Shown: one piece after another, positions 25,669 to 33,753 of the stretch
Numbering within the stretch: the stretch's first letter is position 1
How the letters are laid out: each line of letters begins with the position of its first letter
Origin: a virus
Taxonomy: Duplodnaviria; Caudoviricetes
DNA length: 42,836 nt
Virus record (IMG/VR): IMGVR_UViG_3300037313_000201
Span: 1-42,836 of that record
Direction: 5' to 3' (one strand)
The notes under the pieces: generated by a model
What the model was told of the DNA's origin: nothing
Databases searched by the model: none
What the model saw: the letters and a program-made list of their open reading frames with translations, nothing else
Position numbers and translations under genes: made by a program

Positions 25669-25716
25669 TTCAAAAACCCTTCCTTGTTTCCTTGGTTTAC
25701 CCCGTGGGGTGCATCC

Positions 25717-25745
25717 CGTTTAGGTACTGTCGCATCCCCTGTCAA
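25717..25745 (-). promoter_or_regulatory. sigma70-type promoter
   Basis: TTGACA-17 nt-TAAACG preceding the 250-aa gene. Confidence 0.55.
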
Positions 25746-25770
25746 ACGGAAAAATACAGGCGATGTTTCT

Positions 25771-26352
25771 TTATAGTACAGGCGGCAGCTTGCCCGGTTC
25801 GTCGTCCTCGTTATCCACAGGGCGCGTGCCGACGAACATGGATACGCCTTCCGGCAATCCTTCCGGCTGTACTTGCTGGAAGCCAGCGGCTTGCAGATGC
25901 TCGCCAAGTTCGCCAGCGTCGAGCGGGGCCGCGTCGATTTCGTCATGTACCTGAGTGTACGCTGTGCCGCGATTTCCGAATAGGTTCTCGCCAGTACCCG
26001 GCCAGCGCACGTACGTTGTGTTGTCGTCCGTCGTCGTGGCCTCAATGACCATGCCCGCCAGTGTGGGCGGCGCGTCGAACGGCAGGCCCGCCGACTTGAG
26101 TGTGTTAAGTACCACGAACAGCGAGCGTGCAATGGCCTTGATGTAATCGCCCCATGCCCCATGGAACTTGTTGAACTTGACGGCAAAGCGCCCACTCTCG
26201 ACGTAGTACATAAGCGACACCATGCCGCCCGAACTTTCAAAGTGTACCACGTCGCCTGCGCCCGTGTTGCGCGCCCGGTTGACGTTGCGCGCCTTCCACG
26301 TGCGCTTGTCATTCTGCTGCATGAAAGCAGCGGCTATTTCAGGTCCGTTCAT
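25771..26352 (-). CDS. Hypothetical protein with acidic tail ending LPPVL
   Basis: SD GAAGGG, 193 aa. Confidence 0.65.
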   Translation of the reverse strand: MNGPEIAAAFMQQNDKRTWKARNVNRARNTGAGDVVHFESSGGMVSLMYYVESGRFAVKFNKFHGAWGDYIKAIARSLFVVLNTLKSAGLPFDAPPTLAGMVIEATTTDDNTTYVRWPGTGENLFGNRGTAYTQVHDEIDAAPLDAGELGEHLQAAGFQQVQPEGLPEGVSMFVGTRPVDNEDDEPGKLPPVL

Positions 26353-26415
26353 TACTTGGTCCCTTCGTCAGTTAATGCTAGTAGTACCAGCAACCCTACA
26401 AGCAACAGCACCGCA

Positions 26416-26640
26416 TTAGGCCGGGGTGCCGTTGCTGATCGCGGGGCGGCGCTTGCCTTCCCACTTGACGGCGGTAGTAGGCAGGGCCGTACTGATCCGC
26501 TCGAATATCTCGACCGTATCCGAGTACTGCTGTACATACTCTTCGGCCTTGTCGCACGCCTTGCCATAATCATGTTCGGCGGCGATTACTTCGTGCTTGT
26601 CGTTTACTGTGTCCGCCTTGACTACTATGTATCTGCACAT
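26416..26640 (-). CDS. Hypothetical protein
   Basis: SD AGGGAG. Confidence 0.6.
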   Translation of the reverse strand: MCRYIVVKADTVNDKHEVIAAEHDYGKACDKAEEYVQQYSDTVEIFERISTALPTTAVKWEGKRRPAISNGTPA

Positions 26641-26860
26641 GTTCTCTGCTCCCTTGTTCTACTGCGGCCCACAACCGGACCAGTTTTAAACGTTCGTCGT
26701 GCATGTACTTGAGCGCCGCTAGGGCTTGCTCTAGTTCGCGTATGTCGCCCCGGATACTTGGCAACTTGTAAGCCGACTTGCGGCCTTCGTCTGTCGCCTT
26801 GCGTAACCGGGCCTCGGCTTCGCGCTTGGCTTGCTCTAGGACTATGAACGCCTTTTGCAT
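26570..26860 (-). CDS. Coiled-coil hypothetical protein
   Basis: TAATG coupling. Confidence 0.5.
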   Translation of the reverse strand: MQKAFIVLEQAKREAEARLRKATDEGRKSAYKLPSIRGDIRELEQALAALKYMHDERLKLVRLWAAVEQGSREHVQIHSSQGGHSKRQARSNRRRT

Positions 26861-27099
26861 TACTTGAGGCGTCCGGCGATCTCGGGCGGGAACACGATAC
26901 CTTCACTGCGCTTCCACTCCCAAGATATGCAGTCGCCGCCGTCCGTAATGATAACGCGTTCGGTTGTGCCCAGCTTGGCCCCCACGCTAGTTGCGTAGTG
27001 TATGGCCGCCTTCACGGCCTCTTCGGCCTCTACATACCGTCGCGTGTATTCGTACGATCCATCAGGGAAGAACTGGCACACGCTGAACTCACCGCTCAT
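26860..27099 (-). CDS. Conserved hypothetical phage protein
   Basis: RVIITDGGDC..WEWK..EGIVFPP motif. ATGA coupling. Confidence 0.65.
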   Translation of the reverse strand: MSGEFSVCQFFPDGSYEYTRRYVEAEEAVKAAIHYATSVGAKLGTTERVIITDGGDCISWEWKRSEGIVFPPEIAGRLK

Positions 27100-27320
27100 A
27101 GCCCGTCCCTTTCGTACCGTAACAGCGTACGCTTGACCACGTACACGTTGTCTTTAACGTGAACTTCAACAAGCGTCAGCTTGTGCAGCCTGTACGTTTG
27201 GTCTGATAGAACGGCGGCGGCTTCCGCTAACGCGTGACTTTCGCTAAAGGTTAACGGCAGTACATCAACCGTTGCTTTGCGCCGGTCGCCGTGCGCGACC
27301 TCGTACGATAGCTGGAACAT
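27096..27320 (-). CDS. Hypothetical protein (MFQLSYEV...)
   Basis: SD GGGAAGGG. TGATG coupling. Confidence 0.55.
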   Translation of the reverse strand: MFQLSYEVAHGDRRKATVDVLPLTFSESHALAEAAAVLSDQTYRLHKLTLVEVHVKDNVYVVKRTLLRYERDGL

Positions 27321-27460
27321 CACCAGTTGCCCTTCCCGTAGCGTACGCGTCGGTACAGCAGCCCCACGCCTAGCACGATCCACATGCAGCCAAAGTACGC
27401 AGCCGCGATTAGTGCCATGGCTACGGTTACAAGTTCGATTAGTCCAAAGATAGCTTGCAT
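27320..27460 (-). CDS. Small membrane protein (46 aa, not in ORF track)
   Basis: MQAIFGLIELVTVAMALIAAAYFGCMWIVLGVGLLYRRVRYGKGNW with SD GGGG. Confidence 0.6.
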   Translation of the reverse strand: MQAIFGLIELVTVAMALIAAAYFGCMWIVLGVGLLYRRVRYGKGNW

Positions 27461-27461
27461 G

Positions 27462-27680
27462 TCAGTAACCCCCATTGTTGCGGCACGGTGGCCGGTCGTC
27501 GTGGATATCCCAACGCATGCCGCAGTGGCACACGTATTCGTCGCCCTCTTGTCGCCGGGAGCAAGCCCTAGGGCCTGCCGGGGTCGGTGCCGGGGGCTGT
27601 TGCGCCCCGTACATTGACGCGAACCTAGCGACCTTACGCGCTTGCAGCCTGCGTAGATAGGCGGGCTTGCGGCGCGTCAC
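27462..27680 (-). CDS. Small Cys-containing hypothetical protein
   Basis: C..RQEGDEYVCHCG.RWD.....PPC pattern. Confidence 0.55.
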   Translation of the reverse strand: MTRRKPAYLRRLQARKVARFASMYGAQQPPAPTPAGPRACSRRQEGDEYVCHCGMRWDIHDDRPPCRNNGGY

Positions 27681-27895
27681 TTGCCCGGTTCCTTACCGAA
27701 CGCTGTTGCCGTCGCGATAGCGCGCACTAGCGCGCTGCGCATTTGCGTAACGTCGCTTTCACTGCCGTTCGCAATCCACTCCATAGGCTCTGACAGCCTA
27801 GGTCCGGTGACGCGAATGACACGCCCTAAGCGCGGGTGTTGCGATACTTCGGCTGTGTACCCGTCGCGTTCGATCTTTTGAACCTCAACGCCCAT
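27677..27895 (-). CDS. Hypothetical protein
   Basis: SD AGGGAG. Confidence 0.55.
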   Translation of the reverse strand: MGVEVQKIERDGYTAEVSQHPRLGRVIRVTGPRLSEPMEWIANGSESDVTQMRSALVRAIATATAFGKEPGK

Positions 27896-28034
27896 TGCAG
27901 TACTCCCTATGCTCTTTTAGCGCGTACTTGCTGAGCGCTACATGGCCGCAGTCGGCGCAACGGTGCGCTTGCGGGACGGTGCCCTGCTTGTCGCGCTCGG
28001 CGCGCGTCGGTCGCTTGTTTGCTTTCTTCGCCAT
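27885..28034 (-). CDS. 49-aa basic protein with C-x2-C-x12-H-x3-C zinc finger (not in ORF track)
   Basis: MAKKANKRPTRAERDKQGTVPQAHRCADCGHVALSKYALKEHREYCNGR with SD GGGGTGGAG. Confidence 0.6.
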   Translation of the reverse strand: MAKKANKRPTRAERDKQGTVPQAHRCADCGHVALSKYALKEHREYCNGR

Positions 28035-28050
28035 TACTCCACCCCTTCCG

Positions 28051-28554
28051 TTACTTGCCGCTCAGGATCGCGCGGCGCAGTTCAATATGGATCGCATCGG
28101 CAATGTCGAGCGCTTGACGCTTCGGGAGCGCCTTAAGCGTTTCCAGTGTGCGCTCCATATCACGCATGAACACCGGCTCTTTGGCCTTGCGTTCGTTCTT
28201 CGCCCGGTACTCCGCATCGCGTGTGCGCGTATCATCGGCCTGAAAGGCGGCGATTAGCGGGTGTGCGCTCTGGCCGATGTACCGGGCGGTTCCAAACCAT
28301 ACGCTGCGGCGGTCGCCCCTGAACACGGCCTTGAGTTCGTACCGCCCGCCAATGGTGCGCTTTGTGTCGCTCTTGGCAGGATACCACAGTGCGGCCTCGC
28401 GTGCAGCGTTGTACGCGGTAGGCTCCATGGCCTCGAACACGTCGGCATCAATCCACAGCGCGCGTGCCTTGCCGTCGGTTGCCATGGCCGTGCCAAGGTA
28501 CACCATTTCGGCCTTGCCCTCTTCGGGGCTGAGAATGTCAGGCGTGTCAGTCAT
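28051..28554 (-). CDS. Hypothetical protein
   Basis: ATGA coupling, 167 aa. Confidence 0.65.
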   Translation of the reverse strand: MTDTPDILSPEEGKAEMVYLGTAMATDGKARALWIDADVFEAMEPTAYNAAREAALWYPAKSDTKRTIGGRYELKAVFRGDRRSVWFGTARYIGQSAHPLIAAFQADDTRTRDAEYRAKNERKAKEPVFMRDMERTLETLKALPKRQALDIADAIHIELRRAILSGK

Positions 28555-28808
28555 GCCACCTTGTCCTTCCCATGCATGTCAGGCGCGCGACGTGCGGCCT
28601 TGCGGAAGCGTTCGGCATCGAAGCCGCCGTTATCGCGCCGGAACACGGTGAGCAGCAGCGCTTCTACGGTCGTAACCGCAGTCTGCGCCGCCTCTAGTTG
28701 ATCGCGGCTTTGATACTGATAGTCGCGCTTCACGCTTTCCCGCGCGTTCGCCAGTACGTCTGCAATGGCGGCGTAGTGCCTATGCTGAAACTTGCTTGCC
28801 ATGTTCAA
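28551..28808 (-). CDS. Conserved early phage protein (N..FD.ERF..A motif)
   Basis: RHYAAIA..L...DNGGFDAERFRKA with SD AAGGAAGGG. Confidence 0.65.
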   Translation of the reverse strand: MNMASKFQHRHYAAIADVLANARESVKRDYQYQSRDQLEAAQTAVTTVEALLLTVFRRDNGGFDAERFRKAARRAPDMHGKDKVA

Positions 28809-28824
28809 TTCCCTTCCTTGCTTC

Positions 28825-28898
28825 GTACAGTACTAGAGTGAGCGCCGGGGCCGGGGTGGGGAGTTGGGAAAGCCCCGGCGCTCGCTGTAGTACTGCAC
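28825..28898 (-). other. Long intergenic hairpin (~27 bp) with C-rich loop
   Basis: Arms 28825-28851 and 28872-28898 are near-perfectly complementary. Confidence 0.75.
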
Positions 28899-28929
28899 CC
28901 CCTTTCTATGTCTGTTCCGAGCGGGCCGA

Positions 28930-29286
28930 TTAGAGCGGGTCGCCTTGAAACTGTTCGAACGGCTCCGTCCATTCGTCGGCGGCGAGCATACGCCTTAGCG
29001 TATCGCGGGCATCACCGCGCAGCGTCAATGCGATGGTGCGGGATGATGTACGGCCCTGCGCGCCGGTAGTAATCTCTTCCAGTTCGATCCGCGTCCAAGG
29101 CGTTGCGGTGTCGGAGCCTTTGAAGTCCTCAACGCTCAGCAGGCCAAGGCTCTTAACCTCACCGTGCCGCTTGTTATACGGCGTGTGCGCAGGATCGCGG
29201 TACTTAAACGTTGGCCGGTCCTTCGGGGCGGCTTTGTGGCCGTACGCGTCCCCTACGTGCCATGATTGGCGTTGAATGATGCGCAT
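28930..29286 (-). CDS. Hypothetical protein (MRIIQRQSW...)
   Basis: SD AAGGGAG. Confidence 0.6.
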   Translation of the reverse strand: MRIIQRQSWHVGDAYGHKAAPKDRPTFKYRDPAHTPYNKRHGEVKSLGLLSVEDFKGSDTATPWTRIELEEITTGAQGRTSSRTIALTLRGDARDTLRRMLAADEWTEPFEQFQGDPL

Positions 29287-29299
29287 TGTCTGTACTCCC

Positions 29300-29557
29300 T
29301 TAAATGGCCGCTTCGCCAATCTGAAACACAACGCCAGTGCGCGCCGGGACGATAGGCGTAAGCACGTAGTACCCCGGTTCAGCCTGCAACAGCCGGTGCG
29401 TCTTATGATGCTGTACAAGGCTGCTCGCATAGCCGTGCGTTGTGTCTATGCAGATCGGGCTACCTTTGTCGTTCAGGTATGGCAGCTGAACGCTGAAATG
29501 CGCTGCCGTGTACCGGTCGGGATCGTTGAACAGTTCTTCTACCTGCTGCGCGTTCAT
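29300..29557 (-). CDS. Hypothetical protein
   Basis: ATGA coupling. Confidence 0.55.
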   Translation of the reverse strand: MNAQQVEELFNDPDRYTAAHFSVQLPYLNDKGSPICIDTTHGYASSLVQHHKTHRLLQAEPGYYVLTPIVPARTGVVFQIGEAAI

Positions 29558-29784
29558 TTCATGTATCCTTCCATTGCGTTAGGTGCACATTCGCCTTCGG
29601 GCACGTCCTCAAAGGCGAATAGCCAGCCGTGAACGATTATGTACTCTTGTTGATCCATATCCCACGCGACGAACGAGCCGTCTAAGTCTGTATCGGGCTT
29701 AATCAGCAAGTTCAGGTCCGGCCCGTCGCTAGTGCCGAAAACTTCGCGGGTGTATCCGTCGAGTACTGCCACGTTGTCAGTCAT
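29554..29784 (-). CDS. Small acidic hypothetical protein
   Basis: SD AGGGGAG. D/E-rich. Confidence 0.6.
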   Translation of the reverse strand: MTDNVAVLDGYTREVFGTSDGPDLNLLIKPDTDLDGSFVAWDMDQQEYIIVHGWLFAFEDVPEGECAPNAMEGYMK

Positions 29785-29799
29785 GTCCCGTTACTCCCC

Positions 29800-30051
29800 T
29801 TAGTTCTTCGGTGTGATGCTGATTGCGAACGCGCCGCTATCCATCAGCAGGCTACGGATCGCGCCCTCGGGCGTGGCCTGATAGTTCCCGCAGCCAAAAC
29901 GCGGGGCGCTGGCGTACCATGACGGGTTGCCCTGTGTATCCTGCTGTGGGGTGACGCGGTAATCGCCCCACTCGCCCTTAGACGTATCCGCGAAATCCTC
30001 TCCGTGCAGGGTCCACTCCGTAGCCGCATGGCAGCATGTAACATGAAACAT
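29800..30051 (-). CDS. Hypothetical protein
   Basis: Operon packing. Confidence 0.55.
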   Translation of the reverse strand: MFHVTCCHAATEWTLHGEDFADTSKGEWGDYRVTPQQDTQGNPSWYASAPRFGCGNYQATPEGAIRSLLMDSGAFAISITPKN

Positions 30052-30056
30052 GTTCG

Positions 30057-30431
30057 TTACTTCCCAAGAAACCGGTTAAGTTCGCGCGCCGTACCGCGTG
30101 CCAGCACGGCATAGCGCGGAGCGAAGAACCATTTACGCAGCAGCGTGCCGTCTATCGCGTACAGCGTCCATACGGGGCCGGTGCGGCTGATAACCGGGCG
30201 GCGCTGCAAGGTGCCTACCGGACGATCATTGCGGTACACCGTGGCATACTGCGCAGCGTCATCTAGGCGGCCCATGAAGTCGAAGCTATCCACGCCCGTG
30301 ACGTACGGGTTAGTTGCGTCATATTCATTGGCCTCAGTGCGAACGTCCATCATTCCCCGTACTCCCATAGCAGCGGCCTCGCGGGCCTCATTTCCCAACG
30401 CCCTTAGATCATAGTTCAGGTACGTCCACAA
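30057..30431 (-). CDS. Hypothetical protein
   Basis: ORF at the head of an early sub-operon. Start uncertain. Confidence 0.5.
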   Translation of the reverse strand: MWTYLNYDLRALGNEAREAAAMGVRGMMDVRTEANEYDATNPYVTGVDSFDFMGRLDDAAQYATVYRNDRPVGTLQRRPVISRTGPVWTLYAIDGTLLRKWFFAPRYAVLARGTARELNRFLGK

Positions 30432-30710
30432 GCCCCTATTTTCAGTACATGCTCAGCCGTGCCTGTACTGCCACACTCCCCGCCAACTGCACCTTTTAGA
30501 ACCGCGCGCCGTGCGGGCGCACACGCGTAGCAAGTACTATGCCAATCGCAACATGCCCGTAATCGCCCGGAAACGGCCCGTACAGCGCCTCTAGTACTTC
30601 CGGGTACGATTACACCTAGAAGGCCCCTAGAGGCGCTGTACGGCGATTTCCCCTGTTTGTTCACGTTACAGACCTGTCAAGCGGAACGGTTGTGTACATG
30701 CGCGGAACGC

Positions 30711-31151
30711 TCACTTTTCGCCGTACTGATGCAAGTTTACCTCGTCGCCCTCGAACGGCGGCAGTGATGGAGCGCGTACGTAGTGCAGTGCCACGGATCG
30801 CGAGCGGAAGTTGTCCGGCACACGCGCCGCCATGGGCAACACGTACTTATGATGGAGCGCGTTCAGTTCATCGAACCGGGGCCATTCGGCCTTGTCGTGC
30901 ATTGTGATCGGCTCAGCTTCGCTCGGGATCGCCGCCGCGTAACGCATCCTGCCGTTCTCCACGATGTACTCATGTTCCGTCAGCAGTTCTCGCCCGCCCT
31001 TCCGCGTCTGTATCTTTACGTACAGCACGCCTGTGACCGGGTGCCGCAGCATCCACGCATCGAAATGCCAGCATGTGCCTCTGCCGATTAACTCCATCGC
31101 CAACATGGATGGACGTACATGAGGACGTGTAGGGATTGCATTGTAAGCCAT
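30711..31151 (-). CDS. First early gene, hypothetical (MAYNAIPT...)
   Basis: SD GAGGT before ATG at 31151. Confidence 0.6.
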   Translation of the reverse strand: MAYNAIPTRPHVRPSMLAMELIGRGTCWHFDAWMLRHPVTGVLYVKIQTRKGGRELLTEHEYIVENGRMRYAAAIPSEAEPITMHDKAEWPRFDELNALHHKYVLPMAARVPDNFRSRSVALHYVRAPSLPPFEGDEVNLHQYGEK

Positions 31152-32088
31152 TGCCAGACCTCGCGAGCTAAAGTTGCACAGGTTGTTTTGGCTCAGCCGT
31201 ACAGATCGGCCCGTAATCGCGTGCAATTATATCTCGCGACGAAACAACGGGGTGGAAACTGTCGAGACTGAACGTGTTTAACAGCATAGTTTCGTATCCC
31301 CGTTAGTCAAAAACGGCGGATTTCCTCGGGAAAATATAAGTGCGATCTGTCGAACGCGTTGGGGTCTATATGTGTGTAGGTGTCGCCGGGAATAGATACG
31401 AATAGACGGAGATATCTACGTATATATGTGTGAAGTTGCCCTATATATACATACCTACATATTAGGGGTTACTGGCACGGTGTGCAGTTTTAAGTGAGAT
31501 ATTATAGACGAAGTACACGAATAGCCGTGCAGGCAAGCAGTACAGGTGTGGATAGTGGCGTTTCCCTAGCTAACGCGCTCGAAACCTCGTTGAAATGTTG
31601 CGAAGAGTTCGCAGTAAGGAAAGTATGATAAGGTCCATTATGTTAAGTACAATACGTTATAACATTACATGTTCCCCCTATGTGCTAGAAATGTTCACGT
31701 TTGGATCGCACCCCCACCGGGTCGAGCGGCAGGCGGGGTGTACTTATAGGTGTATCCCAACGCACACAATATAGTACAAAAATGAACACTAGAGTTTGTA
31801 CACCCCACCCCCGGTAATTGCGATCTAACGTCCCTAAGCGCGCTGAGTACACCCCACCCCCATTGTAATTTTCGGTTACACATCCGAGAGAGTACTTATC
31901 CACAGGCAATACAGCAACTTCTCACTTAAAAATTCATAATTGCTATCCCGCTCTCGCGCGTATAAAGAGGCCAGAGCGGAGCGCTCCGGGTCTAGGCCCT
32001 TCCTCTCGGAGCGCTCCCACGGGGCGGGATAACCAAGTACATTACACACCCGTGGCAAGGCGAAGGAAAGGGCCGGAAGGGTACTGGT
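31152..32088. other. Divergent non-coding control region (candidate origin / genome end)
   Basis: ~0.9 kb, AT-richer, between oppositely oriented arms. Contains repeats and a DnaA box. Confidence 0.6.
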
Positions 32089-32442
32089 ATGGACAAGGCA
32101 CACATACAGGCCATAGTGGAAGGTCGCGATTACAAGGCACCCCTCAAAGCGATCAACGAAACAGTCGAGGGTCTGGTACACTGCGCGCTGGTCGTACGTG
32201 AAAGCGAACACGGTGTACTGCTGACACCCGAGGCCCGTGCGTTGGACGCTATCGGCGTACAGGTGGAGCGCGAACTACGTAACCGTAAGGAAATGATCCT
32301 CGCGCTTACCGACCGGCTGAACACCGTGGAAGCTGAACTGAAAGCTGCGCTGAACCGCATGGATGAAATGAATAAGGCGGCAGCGTACGCTATGGCCCCG
32401 CAAGAACTGCCGGGTCAAACAACCGTCGAATTACAAGCCTAA
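32089..32442 (+). CDS. Coiled-coil hypothetical protein
   Basis: SD GGAAGGG. First gene of the + arm. Confidence 0.65.
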   Translation: MDKAHIQAIVEGRDYKAPLKAINETVEGLVHCALVVRESEHGVLLTPEARALDAIGVQVERELRNRKEMILALTDRLNTVEAELKAALNRMDEMNKAAAYAMAPQELPGQTTVELQA

Positions 32443-32450
32443 GGCTCCCC

Positions 32451-32524
32451 GTACCGCAGTCTCCCTACCCCACTGCGGTACACCCCCGACCGGGCGGCAA
32501 CTTCCCGTCTCCTGCCGCCCGGTC
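32451..32524 (+). ncRNA. Tandem hairpins with C-rich (anti-SD-like) loops, candidate sRNA
   Basis: Perfect 10-bp and 12-bp stems. Loops CTCCCTACCCC and ACTTCCCGTCTCC. Confidence 0.35.
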
Positions 32525-32595
32525 CCCTCTCAAACATTAACCATGTTGCAACCCGTTGAAATCGGGCGTACATCGTATGCCGGGAGAGGGTTTCC

Positions 32596-32790
32596 ATGGG
32601 GAAGTACGCAACGCTAACCGGCGACCTCGTACGAAGGGGCGTTACCATGCGCCCGGTGCGGATCATCGGCCCTGACGGCGAGTTCCTGAGGGTCATGCAG
32701 CCGGTCGAGCAAGACGTGGCCCAAGAGCGCCGCCAGTGCCGCATCTGCGGCCATTCAATCGCTGTGGATAAGTCGCCCGCTGCGGCTTGA
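32596..32790 (+). CDS. Small hypothetical protein with CRICGH
   Basis: SD GGGAGAGGG. Confidence 0.55.
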   Translation: MGKYATLTGDLVRRGVTMRPVRIIGPDGEFLRVMQPVEQDVAQERRQCRICGHSIAVDKSPAAA

Positions 32791-32818
32791 CAATTTTGAA
32801 CGGACCCGGCCAGCCTAG
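32762..32818 (+). promoter_or_regulatory. Candidate late promoter upstream of terS with DnaA box
   Basis: CTGTGGATAA-15 nt-TTGACAATTTTGAACGG, 15/17 identical to the site at 38445. Confidence 0.55.
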
Positions 32819-32841
32819 CCCTCTGAGCGGGGGTTCAGGGG

Positions 32842-33402
32842 TTGACACGTACACAGGCCACACTTGACGCGTTAGTACAGGCGTTGCAGGTAAACTGCGG
32901 CGACCGTTTCGACGCGTGCCAGCGTGTACGGGTATCCCCCATGTTCCTACAGCAGTGGATGAAGGACGACAAGGACGTACACGCACAGATTACGGAAGCC
33001 GAGCGTGTCGGCGCCCTCTCGTTACAGTCCGAAGCGATCCGCCGCGCCGTTCATGGCGTCGAGAAAGGCGTGTACTTCAAAGGCGAGCGGGTCGATACCG
33101 AAATCCAGTACAGTGACGGCCTGCTTACGACGCTGCTAAAAGGCCGCCTGCCGGAAACGTTCGGTGCCGACGCCGCCGAGAACCGGGGCAATACGTTCAA
33201 CGGCCCCACACAGATCAACATCATGCCGCGTGCGAACTCGTACGACGAGTGGCTGGCGATGAAAGACGCCACGCTTACACGCCGTGACAAGCTAGACGCC
33301 GAAGATGCAGCCGCCAAGGCTCTGCCCGCACCCCCCGTTACGCTGGAAGCAGAAGCGGCGTACAGGATCATGGCTAACCCGCTAGAAGGGTTGGGCCTGT
33401 GA
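32842..33402 (+). CDS. terS: Terminase small subunit
   Basis: N-terminal HTH-like segment, EAIRRAVHGVEKGVYFKGERV...YSDGLL..LLKG..PE.F signature. Confidence 0.85.
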   Translation: MTRTQATLDALVQALQVNCGDRFDACQRVRVSPMFLQQWMKDDKDVHAQITEAERVGALSLQSEAIRRAVHGVEKGVYFKGERVDTEIQYSDGLLTTLLKGRLPETFGADAAENRGNTFNGPTQINIMPRANSYDEWLAMKDATLTRRDKLDAEDAAAKALPAPPVTLEAEAAYRIMANPLEGLGL

Positions 33403-33599
33403 ACACAACCCGCCTTCTTCGCCGCATAGCCAAGTACCTCGACAAGCACTCTGGCGGTCGCAAACAGACCGGTGAAACCGCGTTCGGGCTGAACGCCACC
33501 GGGGATGCACAAGTAATTCGCCGTTTGCGCAACGGAGCCGAACTAGGCCCCGAAATTCTGCGCAACATCGATAACTTTCTCAAGGCAGCGGGGTACTGA
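33399..33599 (+). CDS. Cro-like HTH DNA-binding protein (alphaproteobacterial phage type)
   Basis: LL.RI..YL......ETAFG..A.GD..VI.RLR.G......L..I..F pattern. Confidence 0.75.
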   Translation: MNTTRLLRRIAKYLDKHSGGRKQTGETAFGLNATGDAQVIRRLRNGAELGPEILRNIDNFLKAAGY

Positions 33600-33600
33600 T

Positions 33601-33753
33601 ATGCAAGGCATCGATGAAGCGTACGTGTTCAATGCACGTACAAACGAAGATCGCGTTCGTGACATGCTGCGAGCGTGCTTCCCGCCGCGCCGTCCGTCCA
33701 TTCGTGCGCTGAAACTAACCGGCACGTGCCTACACCCGGCAAGGATCGGGTAG
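33601..33753 (+). CDS. Small hypothetical protein (50 aa, MQGIDEAY...)
   Basis: SD GGGG. Fills the gap, with TAGTG overlap to the next gene. Confidence 0.45.
   Translation: MQGIDEAYVFNARTNEDRVRDMLRACFPPRRPSIRALKLTGTCLHPARIG

Noticed and set aside
11781-31151. First and last - arm genes both begin MAYN
   Set aside because: Only four residues with no further similarity, compatible with chance.
32537-32544. TTAACCAT as a CtrA site
   Set aside because: It is a single half-site-type word with no TTAA-N7-TTAA partner, which is insufficient support.
33399-33599. Cro-like gene as evidence of lysogeny
   Set aside because: No integrase, CI-like repressor or partition genes were recognised, and it lies in the packaging operon.
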